Assembly: GCA_004764695.1 (NCBI GenBank)
Contig: SMSO01000007.1
Location: 62,001-126,000, forward strand
Length of the DNA: 64,000 nucleotides
Direction: 5' to 3'
From: Schizochytrium sp. TIO01
Taxonomy: Eukaryota; Protista; Bigyra: Labyrinthulomycetes
Position numbers and translations under genes: made by a program. The notes below the pieces were generated by a model. The model made no database searches. It was not told the origin of the DNA and worked only from the letters and a program-made list of their open reading frames with translations. Shown one piece after another: positions 48,913 to 59,190 of the stretch. How positions within the stretch are numbered: the stretch's first letter is position 1; each line of letters starts with the position of its first letter.

Positions 48913-51443
48913 CTGCTCAAAGTCTCTCACGCAATCTAAAAAGCAACCAGCAACACGAAGAAGCCTAGCAACTCGACGCTTTCCAAGGGACTCGGCTAAA
49001 ATCTCTATGGTATTACAAAGCGCAGTTGTCTCCGCGGAATGTTCAAGCGTGAGAACTCTCTTTCCTCCAACCGCAAATTGCCACGATTTCCCCAGCTCGA
49101 TACTTGCTTCTCGCTTCGCAATCTCAAAACTTCGGTCGAGTGTGCTCCTGCAAACCTCCTAGGTATGTCCACTTCAGCCAGTCCGCGCCAGCTTCGGCAC
49201 AAGCGTCGACTTAGCTCTCCTCAAGCGTGTTCTTCACTACCTGAACATCATGAAGCGCAAATACGTTGCAAACTAGAGGTCCCCGCAGCGTTCTCAGATA
49301 GGTGTCCCCGTGTATTTGGTGTGTACTGTGTAAAAAAGATTGAGAACATCGTCTAGGTTTTCCTATGACCTACTTCTGTTTAATTTTAAATTTAATGGAC
49401 AATGATCAAAGAGAAGTTTGCGATGAGCATTTGCCACCGAAAGGCACATCAGATACCAAGACGTACATGAAAGTTGAACGTGACGCATGTTTGCAAGCTC
49501 ATGATATATAAAGTATAAGCCTGCATATATTTTAATTTTTGCGAGTTATTGATTGGCTAAAATACGAGGCCACACCACAGCAAGAGTGGTCGTGAAGGGG
49601 CCTAATTGACGGAGATAATAAAATAGTAATAATTTGAAAGACATATATAATATAGATTGGAACCTTTAACTCGTACATTCATCTGCTAAATAAGTAATCT
49701 CTTCAAATTCGTTCTGGATAGTTGCACGTAATTGCAAGACTCAAGAACACTCTTTATTTCCCGACCTTTTTAAAGCGGTATCAGAATGAAAAAGAAACCG
49801 GTAACCCGAAGCTTTATGTTTCGTTGTGATAATGTTCCATTTCGCATGCATATTTATCTTTGAGAAATTCTCACTTTACTCTTGAGCAGCAGAATCTGAA
49901 CCTTACCGAAATATGTATCCAGCACTAGCCATTATTAGTACCTAGATAGCAGTAGCGCTCCTTCAAGCTGCAAGTCGGGGACTTTTCCAGGCAGATCAAC
50001 CATATACGCTCGAAGAGTTGTCTTTTCAGAACCAAATTCTTTCGGACCACCATCGAGCCACCAAGTTTGGTTATTTGTGACAAGATTTCATACATGCACG
50101 AGAAAACTGTATGTTCTCAACTTAGCCCGCTATCGTAGAAACAAGAAAACAACATGAAGCTCAATCAAGATCATATCGCAGCTCCAAGATCTTGGTCTTG
50201 TGCGCTTATTGATACGGCCCGGCCGGCCGCGAGTGAGGGTTTGGCATGTGTGGAGTTTGGGGAAGAATACAGGTAAAGTAATAAAGATAGGCCGGTCCGC
50301 GTGCGCTAGTGCCTTGTGCTAGGATATTCTTCTATTGGTAGTTCCTATCAATTCTATGGGAACGCAAAGCACGACTTTTTTTTTTTGCTTTTCTTTTTCC
50401 ACAGCAGGCATCTGATATTGCAAAACGGGGTTTAGATCACGATGCAGACCAGACAACTGAAGATGAAACAGCTGCCATAACCTCGCCCTCGTGGAGGCAA
50501 ATCTGATGAAGCATTTTCGCCATTGGTCTCCTTCTAGGGAACGAGCCGAGGCCTATAGCGTCGCAAGTTTGTTTTTCTCAAAGTCGCAGCGTCTTGAAGA
50601 CAGCATAAAAATAAAACACATAAGAAGAAGAGAACGTGCTTGCTTTTCATAAACTAAGTGTACGCCGGTGCAAATGCCAATGGGTTTCCCTCCTTCAGTC
50701 CCCTCCAAACTCAGCTTTGATAGCCTTCAACGAACATCTCTATCTTCGAGGTATTGCTACGCTCTTTCCAAAGCTCGAACCTAAGTGAACTTGAAGTTGC
50801 GGCTTCGAGCAAATTTAGTTACTTATTCTTATGAAACAAGCGCAGAAAGTGAAAGAAATCCCTTCAGAGCTCCTGAGGGAGCGCCCTTCTTTTGGTTTAA
50901 TTGAATAACAATATTCATAACAATAGCTTTGATCGCTAGCGGTATTATGAGGTTAAAGATAACATTATAGATAGCATTATGGCAGAGGGGGATGATATGT
51001 TGCTACTACTTAGTAGCCTAGGTAGTGTTATTATTATAGTTGATCGTGAAAAGTCTCATCATCAAAATATAGATGTCATTTCCCCAACTCGTGCCACGGA
51101 CCAAGCCGGCGTGGCATTCCAGTTTGGACTCAGTTCGCCTTGCATAAGCTGGGTTGATCGACTGGTTTGATTGCGTTCGTTAGGATTTGCCCTCCCGGGG
51201 CGTATTATTTGCCTACGGCGTCGTCGTCTTCGTGGGCTTCGTTGCCCTGATCAGTGACGCCGATTGCGCTTTGTTGTCCAAGTTTCGTTCGCAAACCGCT
51301 TCATCTGTCGAGGATTCGCTCTAGTAAGGCATCTTGCGAACAAACTCGAGGCTAAAAGTTGCAAAACAAATTGAACAAAAGCGTCGTTTTCTACACCTAG
51401 GTAGTTTCCAGGCATCACAAAACCTCGTGGCTTTGTCACAAAG

Positions 51444-52556
51444 ATGTCTGGCCCTGTGCGACTTGAAGCGCTCGAGAAGCTACGCAATTTGAAGCGTGTG
51501 CTCGTAGTCTCAAAGCGCACACGATGGGAGTTCGCAAGTGCTCGATATGGTGGTATTGGTGGTGCATCTTTAGAACGTCAAATGATTGCCAAAGGGTTTC
51601 CTTACGAGCGTATCGTGCAAGCTCACCATTCTCATCATGACGCTCTTGACCAAATCACTCGTGCTCTGCGTAGGCGAGGTACCGACGTAAAGATGGTTCG
51701 TGCGCCGGCACTCATCGCCTCTGACCTCGAGAATATTGATGCAGTATTCGCATGTGGTGGCGACGGCACTGTCTTGGAAACCGCTGCTCGCGTTAAATCC
51801 AGCGACCTACCTGTCATTACCATCAACACTGACCCCAAGCTGTCCACAGGATACCTGTGTAGCTTCGCTTTACAATCTGGCATTAGCTTCGAACGCGGGG
51901 TGCTGGATAAGCTTTGTAAAGGACATTTTTCGCCGCAACTTCGCTCTCGAATCCAGGTCAAATTTGGGGTCTCTGGCGAGTACATGCCACACCTCGCGCT
52001 AAACGAGATCTTCTTTGCAGAGAGGGATGCCAGTAGACCGACTGTGCATGCAACCACCTTACCTTCTGTAAACCCGGATGACCCGGTTGTGCAGCGGAGC
52101 AGCGGAGTCATTGTCTCAACAGGAACTGGTTCGACTGCGTGGATGCACTCTGCTATGACTATTCATCGTAGTGATGTACAGCGCGTTCTCACCAGCATGC
52201 ATCGAGCCCAAGGTGGTCAGTCTCCTAATTTGGCTGCCAACGAGGAGCTCGTAAACTCCATTTGCCGTGACCTCAACCAGAGTCACGAGTATGATCCTTC
52301 AGATCCGCGTTTGCACTATTACATGCGAGAGCTCGTGCTTAATGGCTGGTATGGAGACCACGACAGCCCCATGACACACTTTCCCAAACATGGTTTTGAG
52401 TCAAACCTCACGCTGCGCTCCCTCTCTTGGGATGGCATGCTCACATTTGATGGCATCGAGCAGGCAGCTGTACCTTACGGCGAGGAGCTCCAGGTGAGCT
52501 TGGCGCCTCCTGATTTGTCGCTGCTCACTGTGCGTCTCGACCCTGACCTAGATTAG
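51444..52556 (+). CDS. NADK2: NAD kinase, NADK2 (mitochondrial-type) family
   Basis: RVLVVSKRTRWEF, GGDGT, PVITINTDP, ALNEIF, QRSSGVIVSTGTGSTAW. Confidence 0.9.
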   Translation: MSGPVRLEALEKLRNLKRVLVVSKRTRWEFASARYGGIGGASLERQMIAKGFPYERIVQAHHSHHDALDQITRALRRRGTDVKMVRAPALIASDLENIDAVFACGGDGTVLETAARVKSSDLPVITINTDPKLSTGYLCSFALQSGISFERGVLDKLCKGHFSPQLRSRIQVKFGVSGEYMPHLALNEIFFAERDASRPTVHATTLPSVNPDDPVVQRSSGVIVSTGTGSTAWMHSAMTIHRSDVQRVLTSMHRAQGGQSPNLAANEELVNSICRDLNQSHEYDPSDPRLHYYMRELVLNGWYGDHDSPMTHFPKHGFESNLTLRSLSWDGMLTFDGIEQAAVPYGEELQVSLAPPDLSLLTVRLDPDLD

Positions 52557-53458
52557 GTCTAGATGTACTGCGTTGGCACTGCACGGGTTGTCTATTCACC
52601 TTTCTCTTTTTTCTTTTCCAATATTCTTTCTTTTGTTTACCTAGAAAGCATTTCGTATTTTCTGTAGCCTGCGCTTGAGGCCTGGCGACTGCTCACATTA
52701 CCCTCAAATATGGCGACTATTGAGTTTACATAGGTAAACTCTACTTACGCTTTGGGCTAGAAAGGCCCTTTAAGAATGACGAATGATTAAATCAATTTTA
52801 TGATAGCTCTGTTTGTAGATCACCTCAAGATCTCTTGGATCTCTTCTCAGTGTTGCTGACTGATGTAGTGTACTATCAAAACTCATATATATACGGATAT
52901 ATTTGTGCAATCTGATAGAGGTACACAGTTTGGCCTGAATTCGTCTTGCATAATATACGAGACATTGCAAGCGTCACTGTCATGTCATCCACGTGTGCCT
53001 TTATTGGCTCCCTTCCTCCAATTATGCATATCGTGAGATGTTTCCTAGAACTTTGTTCGAATTTGCCAACTTTTCTACCTTTTGCTCACCCAACAACAAT
53101 AGCATGTATACGAGGTCCCTTGAGCTTTTATTGAGACCACCAAGATGCTCTGATTTTAGGTAGCCATCAGCAGATCCCCTAACACCCCAATGAAAACAAT
53201 TCGAATCGTTGCAGAATTGCAGCTGTTTGAACCTTTGCTCTTTTTACTCCTGAGTATTAATATTGCCATGCCATGAAATCCAATACTGACGCCATTGGCC
53301 TTAGAAAAACTTTCACATAACAGGCGCTTTTCGGCTTATACTAACCTCCTTTTTAAACATCGATTACTCAGAATGTACTCTTTTATCGCAGCTTGGGGTC
53401 CTTCTGAACATAGAGATCTTCATCATTTTTCTACGTAAATTAATTCAACTGAATGGTT

Positions 53459-53492
53459 CTAGTTATGGTCACGAGACCTACGAAGGTCTCGT
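53459..53492 (-). mobile_element. Candidate Helitron-like 3' terminus (hairpin + CTAG)
   Basis: Perfect 9-bp stem ACGAGACCT/AGGTCTCGT (53471-53492); on the minus strand it is followed by 8 nt and then CTAG (53459-53462). Confidence 0.35.
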
Positions 53493-53679
53493 ACACACCA
53501 TTGCAGCGACAACAGTAGCCCACTTGATTGACAATGACAGGGTGTGGTTTCCTTCTCTCCCCTCTACGAACAGTTCAATCTACATTTTTTCACAGCCTAG
53601 TACACCACAAGCAGCAGGATTCCTCGAAAACGCTGGCCGACCAACCCGTGTTAGGGTAGCTGCAACTATATTTGAATTG

Positions 53680-54484
53680 AAGGCTGTCAGCGAGCAGCCC
53701 TACGAAATTGTGCAAACTCACGGCAAAAACAAAGAACAACGCGCCGCAGTTCAAGGACTATAACACCGAGACTCGAGCCTAGTTGTACAAAGGGAAACAC
53801 AAGATATCTACGGAGAATCTATTTGCATACTACGTTTACAAGCTTTGCGTTTCAGAGTACCTCGGCTTGGAGACGAGGCAAGAAATTGAATCTCTACTAA
53901 GTATCGATAGACTCCAGCGACTGCTGATGATGGTGACAAACAACTTCAATGCTTTGCTTAAAACGCGGTCAATTGCAATAACACTACCACCAAAATCAAC
54001 ATTACCTCGAGACAAGAAAACTAAGAACCTGAGCTACTTGGCGCGGAAAGTAGTGGGTAGCATGGAGAAGAGCTTGGCTGAAGATCGCAAGGAGGTCGAT
54101 AAAGTGGCTCATGACGAAATCAGCAAAGATATCGACGCAGCTCGCGCGAAGTACGGCAACGAAGGTGCACAGAGAATCAATAATTTCCAGGAATCGCCCC
54201 TTCTGAAGAACCTGAGACATAAGGCGGAGCGCAGTCGCTTAAAAGCAGACCTTGAGTATTCGCCGTCAATGAAAAAATCGCGCGCCTGCGAAAGACCTCA
54301 AACTTCAAGAGTCTTGCGAAGGAAAGTCACTACACAAAGCGCAAACGCACTCGTCTCCCAATCAGTGAAATCATCCGCAACGATGAGGATTCAGACGATG
54401 ATACTGTGTACTCGAGTAGTGGCCGTGTCGGCACGTGCCCCGGAGGCGCGAAAAAGTCTTAGACGACTACCTTTTAAAATTTAA
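53680..54484 (+). pseudogene. Disrupted hypothetical gene
   Basis: The 233-codon ORF starts at TTG directly after an in-frame TAG (53780), and coding-like sequence continues upstream (KNNAPQFKDYNTETRA*LYKG). An acidic tail NDEDSDDD lies in another frame. Confidence 0.5.
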
Positions 54485-55571
54485 TTTAATTTTTTAATAT
54501 TTAAAAAATAACAACAGAGACGAAAGGAAACGAGAAGAAGTGAACAGGAATACCATGTTTGCTGGATCAGGATGGTATTCTTCAGCAGGGTAAAGGAGCG
54601 AGAGCTTATGCGGTAGAATGCGCACCTCCACGGCTACGTCTCCAGGCACCTGAGCAGAGACGAAATCTTCCTGGAAAACTAAAATCTCAAGGCCCAGAGA
54701 CTTGCTTGACAAATGCGCCTACTTCCGAATGGCTCGAGAACCGGCGGCGATAATGAGAATCAAGTAAGGCGTCTCCTCCTAGATTGTCCAATTCTACTGC
54801 AACTCCAGATCAGTCGAGTGCGGATCCAGAGTTTTGCGCAGAAAGGACATAATCTAGTCGCTTGCAGATTACGAACTCTGCAAATTTCGAGGGGGTGTTG
54901 CGTTTGAGCGCGTGAGCGTTTGAGCGCTTGTATGTGGCTCTGAGTAGGTCTAATCCCAGCACTGTTCTCGATTATTATTCATTTTTTCTCGCCCTGTATT
55001 TTCGCACACCCTCCCTTTTTACTCATACTCATTACCGTGACTATTTAAAAAAAGGAACCACTTTTCTCTAATCGCTCTCTTTAAATTCCAACAAATTAAT
55101 CAATCGATCGATCAATCCAATAGCTACTATGCTGCTGTCTCTTATGCGAAACACAAGGAAGCTCAAAACAAACCAACAAGCCATCAATTATTAGTATTCG
55201 TGTTGTCATTAGTAGTATTAAATATTTTCAGTAGGCACACTCAGAAACATAGAAAGTGCCGAACTATCGATCATCTCTAGGGCCACGAGCACACAAAAAA
55301 GATTCACGCGCGCGTGCACTCAGTACCTTCTAACTAGTTATTTCAATTAAAAACAATAAATAATGAAAATACTTTACTGGCCTTTGAATGATGGGAGCAA
55401 AGCGTAACCTGAGGAAAGGGGAATGCAAACACGCAACTGGGCGTGCGAAACAAGAACAGAAGAGGTCGGCAGACGACTTTGAACAACAGTAAAGGTGAAA
55501 AGGTTTAGAAATCGACGAAATGTAAGAGGCGCAGAAGCTTGTGGACAGAGTTTCCAGTTGAAACCCTCACC

Positions 55572-57770
55572 ATGGCGAACGCACAGGCGGATGCGGATGC
55601 TGCTTGTTTGCGTCTCATCAATACGAACCACGCCAATATAAGCTTTGCTAATGCAAGTTATCCGGATGTGATGCTTGCTTACGATGCTGAGAAACGCCTG
55701 CTTAACCAATTGGTTCCTGAGCAGCTTACAGCGATGTGTCAGACAATTAGTGACCACCTCGTAGCTAACCCAAATATGCCCGCTGCGGCTAGAAAAGAAG
55801 CCGAGAGGGCAATGGATGTATTTGCCGGTCGCCACGATACTCACATACCTGCCATTTACCTTCTTTCTCAACGCATGTACCAGGTACCGGCACGCATAGG
55901 CAACGACGAATTGCTCGATATGGCCACTCCTCCTGCACCAGGAGCCATTGTACCCGCTCAGGTTCTCAATTGGCTAAATTTTCGCGTCGAAATAAAACAC
56001 GCCATTACCATGAATAATGTTCGGGAGCACGGCATCACTTTCGGCGAGGGGTCTAATTTTAGAGATGCTTCTTTTAATACAAAATGTTCCAATATAGAAG
56101 CTGAAGATTTCTTTGCAAATACTGAGGATGGCGAAGGTATACTCCAGTTTATCGTAAAGGTTCTCAAAAAGTATTGGGCTGTAGAGTTCAATTCACCAAA
56201 CCGAAGGTTCAAGGTTCAACAACAGATAGCGTCGACTGTCCTTCTGCGACCAGACTTCGTAGTATCTCTTGACGGAGAGGATCTCGTCGTCTTTGAACTC
56301 AAGGCACCTGATTGTATGCAGTCGGAGTTCATGAATCGCAACATTCCTACGCAAGGAAACCTAGTCAGGGGATACTATGGTCTCAACTACAGCCCTGCGG
56401 CTTCCACAGGGAACCGCAATGCTGTCATATTTCAACGCCTCACTCAAAATCAACTCGACGCCCCTATCGATGAAAATAATGTTGACCTTCAAGTGCCTGC
56501 GGGAGACGAGCACACACGTAGAAGTGTATATCAGATTGCTGGTTACATGGTAGCATTTCAACGAAAGTACGGAGTTCTTTCGACGTGCGAGATGACCTGG
56601 CTCTTGAAAATGGAACCGGATGGTCGTTTGTTCGTCAGCCCTGGATTGAATGGCGCTGGGATGGGCATTTCGACCGACTCACCTGCCGCACTGCTCATGA
56701 GTTTTCTAACGCATGTTGCCAGAGAGGCAGAAACGAACAATGGGCATAGAATGGTGGTTGAAAACCCTTCTCGGTTCTATAGTTATCTTAGCGACTACTG
56801 GACCACCTTTCCTCGAGAGGCACGTCATCAAAGAACTCGAAACCGAAAGAATCAGATTGTTCAAGAGATGGTAAACGCGTGGAACGCCCTTCAACAAGCC
56901 CAGCAACAACAAGGTGGCAACAATAACAACAATAACAACAACGGAGGGCAAGGAGGTGGTGGCGGTAATCAAGGAAACGGTGGCCAAGGTGGCCAAGGAG
57001 GACGAGGAGGACAACCGCCAGGTGCGGGAGCCGGGGGCGGAGCCGGTGGAAATGTACCTGGAGCTGGTGTCAATGCTGCATTGATCCCTGCAGACATTAT
57101 TGACAACCTGAAAAATGCCTATATTTCAGTTAGTGAAAATCTTTTCGCAATCAAGAAACTTGAGGGAGATGCAGCTCGTCTCGCCTTGATAGACAATCTT
57201 CCTCTCAAGCAGATTTGCATTGGTTTTCCATGGGAGCTTCTCGAAAAACATCCGAATACTGACCTTTATGACCAGTCGATTAAAATGACTGTAAGTGGCA
57301 TCCCCCTTGTTCTAAAGATGTTGGACAAAGAGGAAGAAGGCTCTGAAGGTCAATTTCTCAATGAAATTGACATGTACAAGGGCCCTCTACGCAGCCTGCA
57401 GGGAGTATGCGCTCCTTACCTTTTCTATGCTAGTGAATCCACAGAAAGTCCACAAATCTTGGTGACTTCACGTGAGGGCTCCCCCGTGGGGACCATGCCT
57501 CGCGCTGTTAAAAAGCAAGAGTTCGTCCAAGAAGGAATGTTTAAGGCACTTACAACCCTCCACGAAAACGGAATCACTCACGGTCATATAAGTTTCTCTG
57601 CTTTCCATATGGTCGTTGTTAACGAGAGTACCCGCTTTTATATCACTGACTTCGGGGATGCTGTCTACGAGCCCAAACACACTGCTGAGTTTAAAAGGTC
57701 TTGCGCGCATGATTTGCATCGTTTAAGAGAGTCCATAAGAAGTTTAGACATGCGAGGATCGATGGAATAA
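55572..57770 (+). CDS. Crinkler-type protein: PD-(D/E)xK nuclease domain, G/N/Q linker, kinase-fold domain with degenerate catalytic loop
   Basis: LNWLNF, RPDFVV..LVVFELKAP (56250-56309), QIAGYM...KYGVLSTCEMTWLL; kinase LVLKM, FLNEIDMY, LQGVCAP, HGHISFSAF, ITDFG; first ATG 55572. Confidence 0.8.
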   Translation: MANAQADADAACLRLINTNHANISFANASYPDVMLAYDAEKRLLNQLVPEQLTAMCQTISDHLVANPNMPAAARKEAERAMDVFAGRHDTHIPAIYLLSQRMYQVPARIGNDELLDMATPPAPGAIVPAQVLNWLNFRVEIKHAITMNNVREHGITFGEGSNFRDASFNTKCSNIEAEDFFANTEDGEGILQFIVKVLKKYWAVEFNSPNRRFKVQQQIASTVLLRPDFVVSLDGEDLVVFELKAPDCMQSEFMNRNIPTQGNLVRGYYGLNYSPAASTGNRNAVIFQRLTQNQLDAPIDENNVDLQVPAGDEHTRRSVYQIAGYMVAFQRKYGVLSTCEMTWLLKMEPDGRLFVSPGLNGAGMGISTDSPAALLMSFLTHVAREAETNNGHRMVVENPSRFYSYLSDYWTTFPREARHQRTRNRKNQIVQEMVNAWNALQQAQQQQGGNNNNNNNNGGQGGGGGNQGNGGQGGQGGRGGQPPGAGAGGGAGGNVPGAGVNAALIPADIIDNLKNAYISVSENLFAIKKLEGDAARLALIDNLPLKQICIGFPWELLEKHPNTDLYDQSIKMTVSGIPLVLKMLDKEEEGSEGQFLNEIDMYKGPLRSLQGVCAPYLFYASESTESPQILVTSREGSPVGTMPRAVKKQEFVQEGMFKALTTLHENGITHGHISFSAFHMVVVNESTRFYITDFGDAVYEPKHTAEFKRSCAHDLHRLRESIRSLDMRGSME

Positions 57771-59190
57771 GAATATAAGAAAAATATAGATAAATCAATT
57801 AATCAATCAACAAAGAAATAAAAAGAAATAAATAGACATGATATATCTATCTTATTATGCGACACGCTGATAGATCTCTTTAAGCTCGCATGTTGCCTGA
57901 TTACTTGACTTGATCCAGTGGCAGAAGCGGTTGTGCTTGTATTTTCGCGCTTCTTGCGGTTGAAAATCGAGCAACCCGTGCCCGGCTTCGTGAGCTTGGC
58001 TGTAGGACTTTTGGTGACTGTGTCAGGCAGTGAGTGGACCATGGCCTCAGTAGAATGTTTTCCCAAGGTAATACTTTTCAAGGTTCTGTCTATCCTTATA
58101 CGATGTGTATTCAGGTTTTCGAAGGAAACAGGAGGGAAGAGCCTTGCAGAGGTGTTCAAGTATTATATAGCTGTGTATCTATAAGAACACCAAAGTAAAA
58201 AGCGTACACAAGTCCAAAGCTTAGACTTGGGCAATGGATTTTGTCAGCAGTTCCTGAATGTTGAATCTAACTACTCTTTTCCTTCACCCCTCTACCTACG
58301 CAATCTCTTGGTGATCGTCTCACGCTAATTTGCAACACAGAGGGATTCACTAAACGAAACGAAAGAGCGGCCGTGGTCGCCTTCTCCACAAAAAGGTTAA
58401 GTTGATGATAACATAACTTCATGCCAATTTTGATATATTTACCTTGACAGAGTTGTTGGCGAGTCTTTGGGCAGACACACACACCAAAGTGAAACAGGAA
58501 TCCTTTGCCCGGAAGCGGCTGCTTCATTCAACCCAAACGAAGAACACACACACAAAAGAAATATGATTGAACCACTCTCAATGAAAAAGCAAGCAAAAAT
58601 AAAAGCCTCGATGCATCACTTTATTGAAATTGTACGTGATCAATGGATAAGAGAATGTTAAAAAGCCAGCATAATGCCGGCATGCAAATCCAAGAATAGA
58701 ATTCATAACCTCCAAGTTTTCTCGCAAGGGCCACCGAAATATCTTTTTCCAAATGGATTCTAAAATGCCCTATTTTCCATGGCCATGGAAAGCTATAGAC
58801 TGTATCCACACTAATTGTATATTTAAGCGTAGCCTTGTAATATTGAAATCCGAGGTCAAACTATAGTTTGAATTATAGTAATACATAAGTGCTGGCCGGG
58901 CGAGACGATTCTTTTAGAGTTCAAATAACCTAGTGCTACTTAGGGACCTACGTAGCCTGCAACGCTCCCATTTTAAAAAAGAAATAGCGGTTTTCGCTCT
59001 CAAGAGCAAACTAGGGTTCGAGCAAAACCAACCTCAAGCAAAAATAGCAAACCCGGAACGACATGAGGCTAGCTGTAGAGCCAAAGGGGACAGGGACACC
59101 AGTGCTATAGGGAGCAACTCCGGCAGGTCTGAGCACACTGCTCGAAAGAGGAGACGAAAGTAGACTTTACGTGAGGTTTGGCACCTAAAG

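Noticed and set aside
57960-58020. HEAGH (HExxH metalloprotease-like) on the minus strand
   Set aside because: Lies in a frame with nearby stops and lacks supporting context; likely chance
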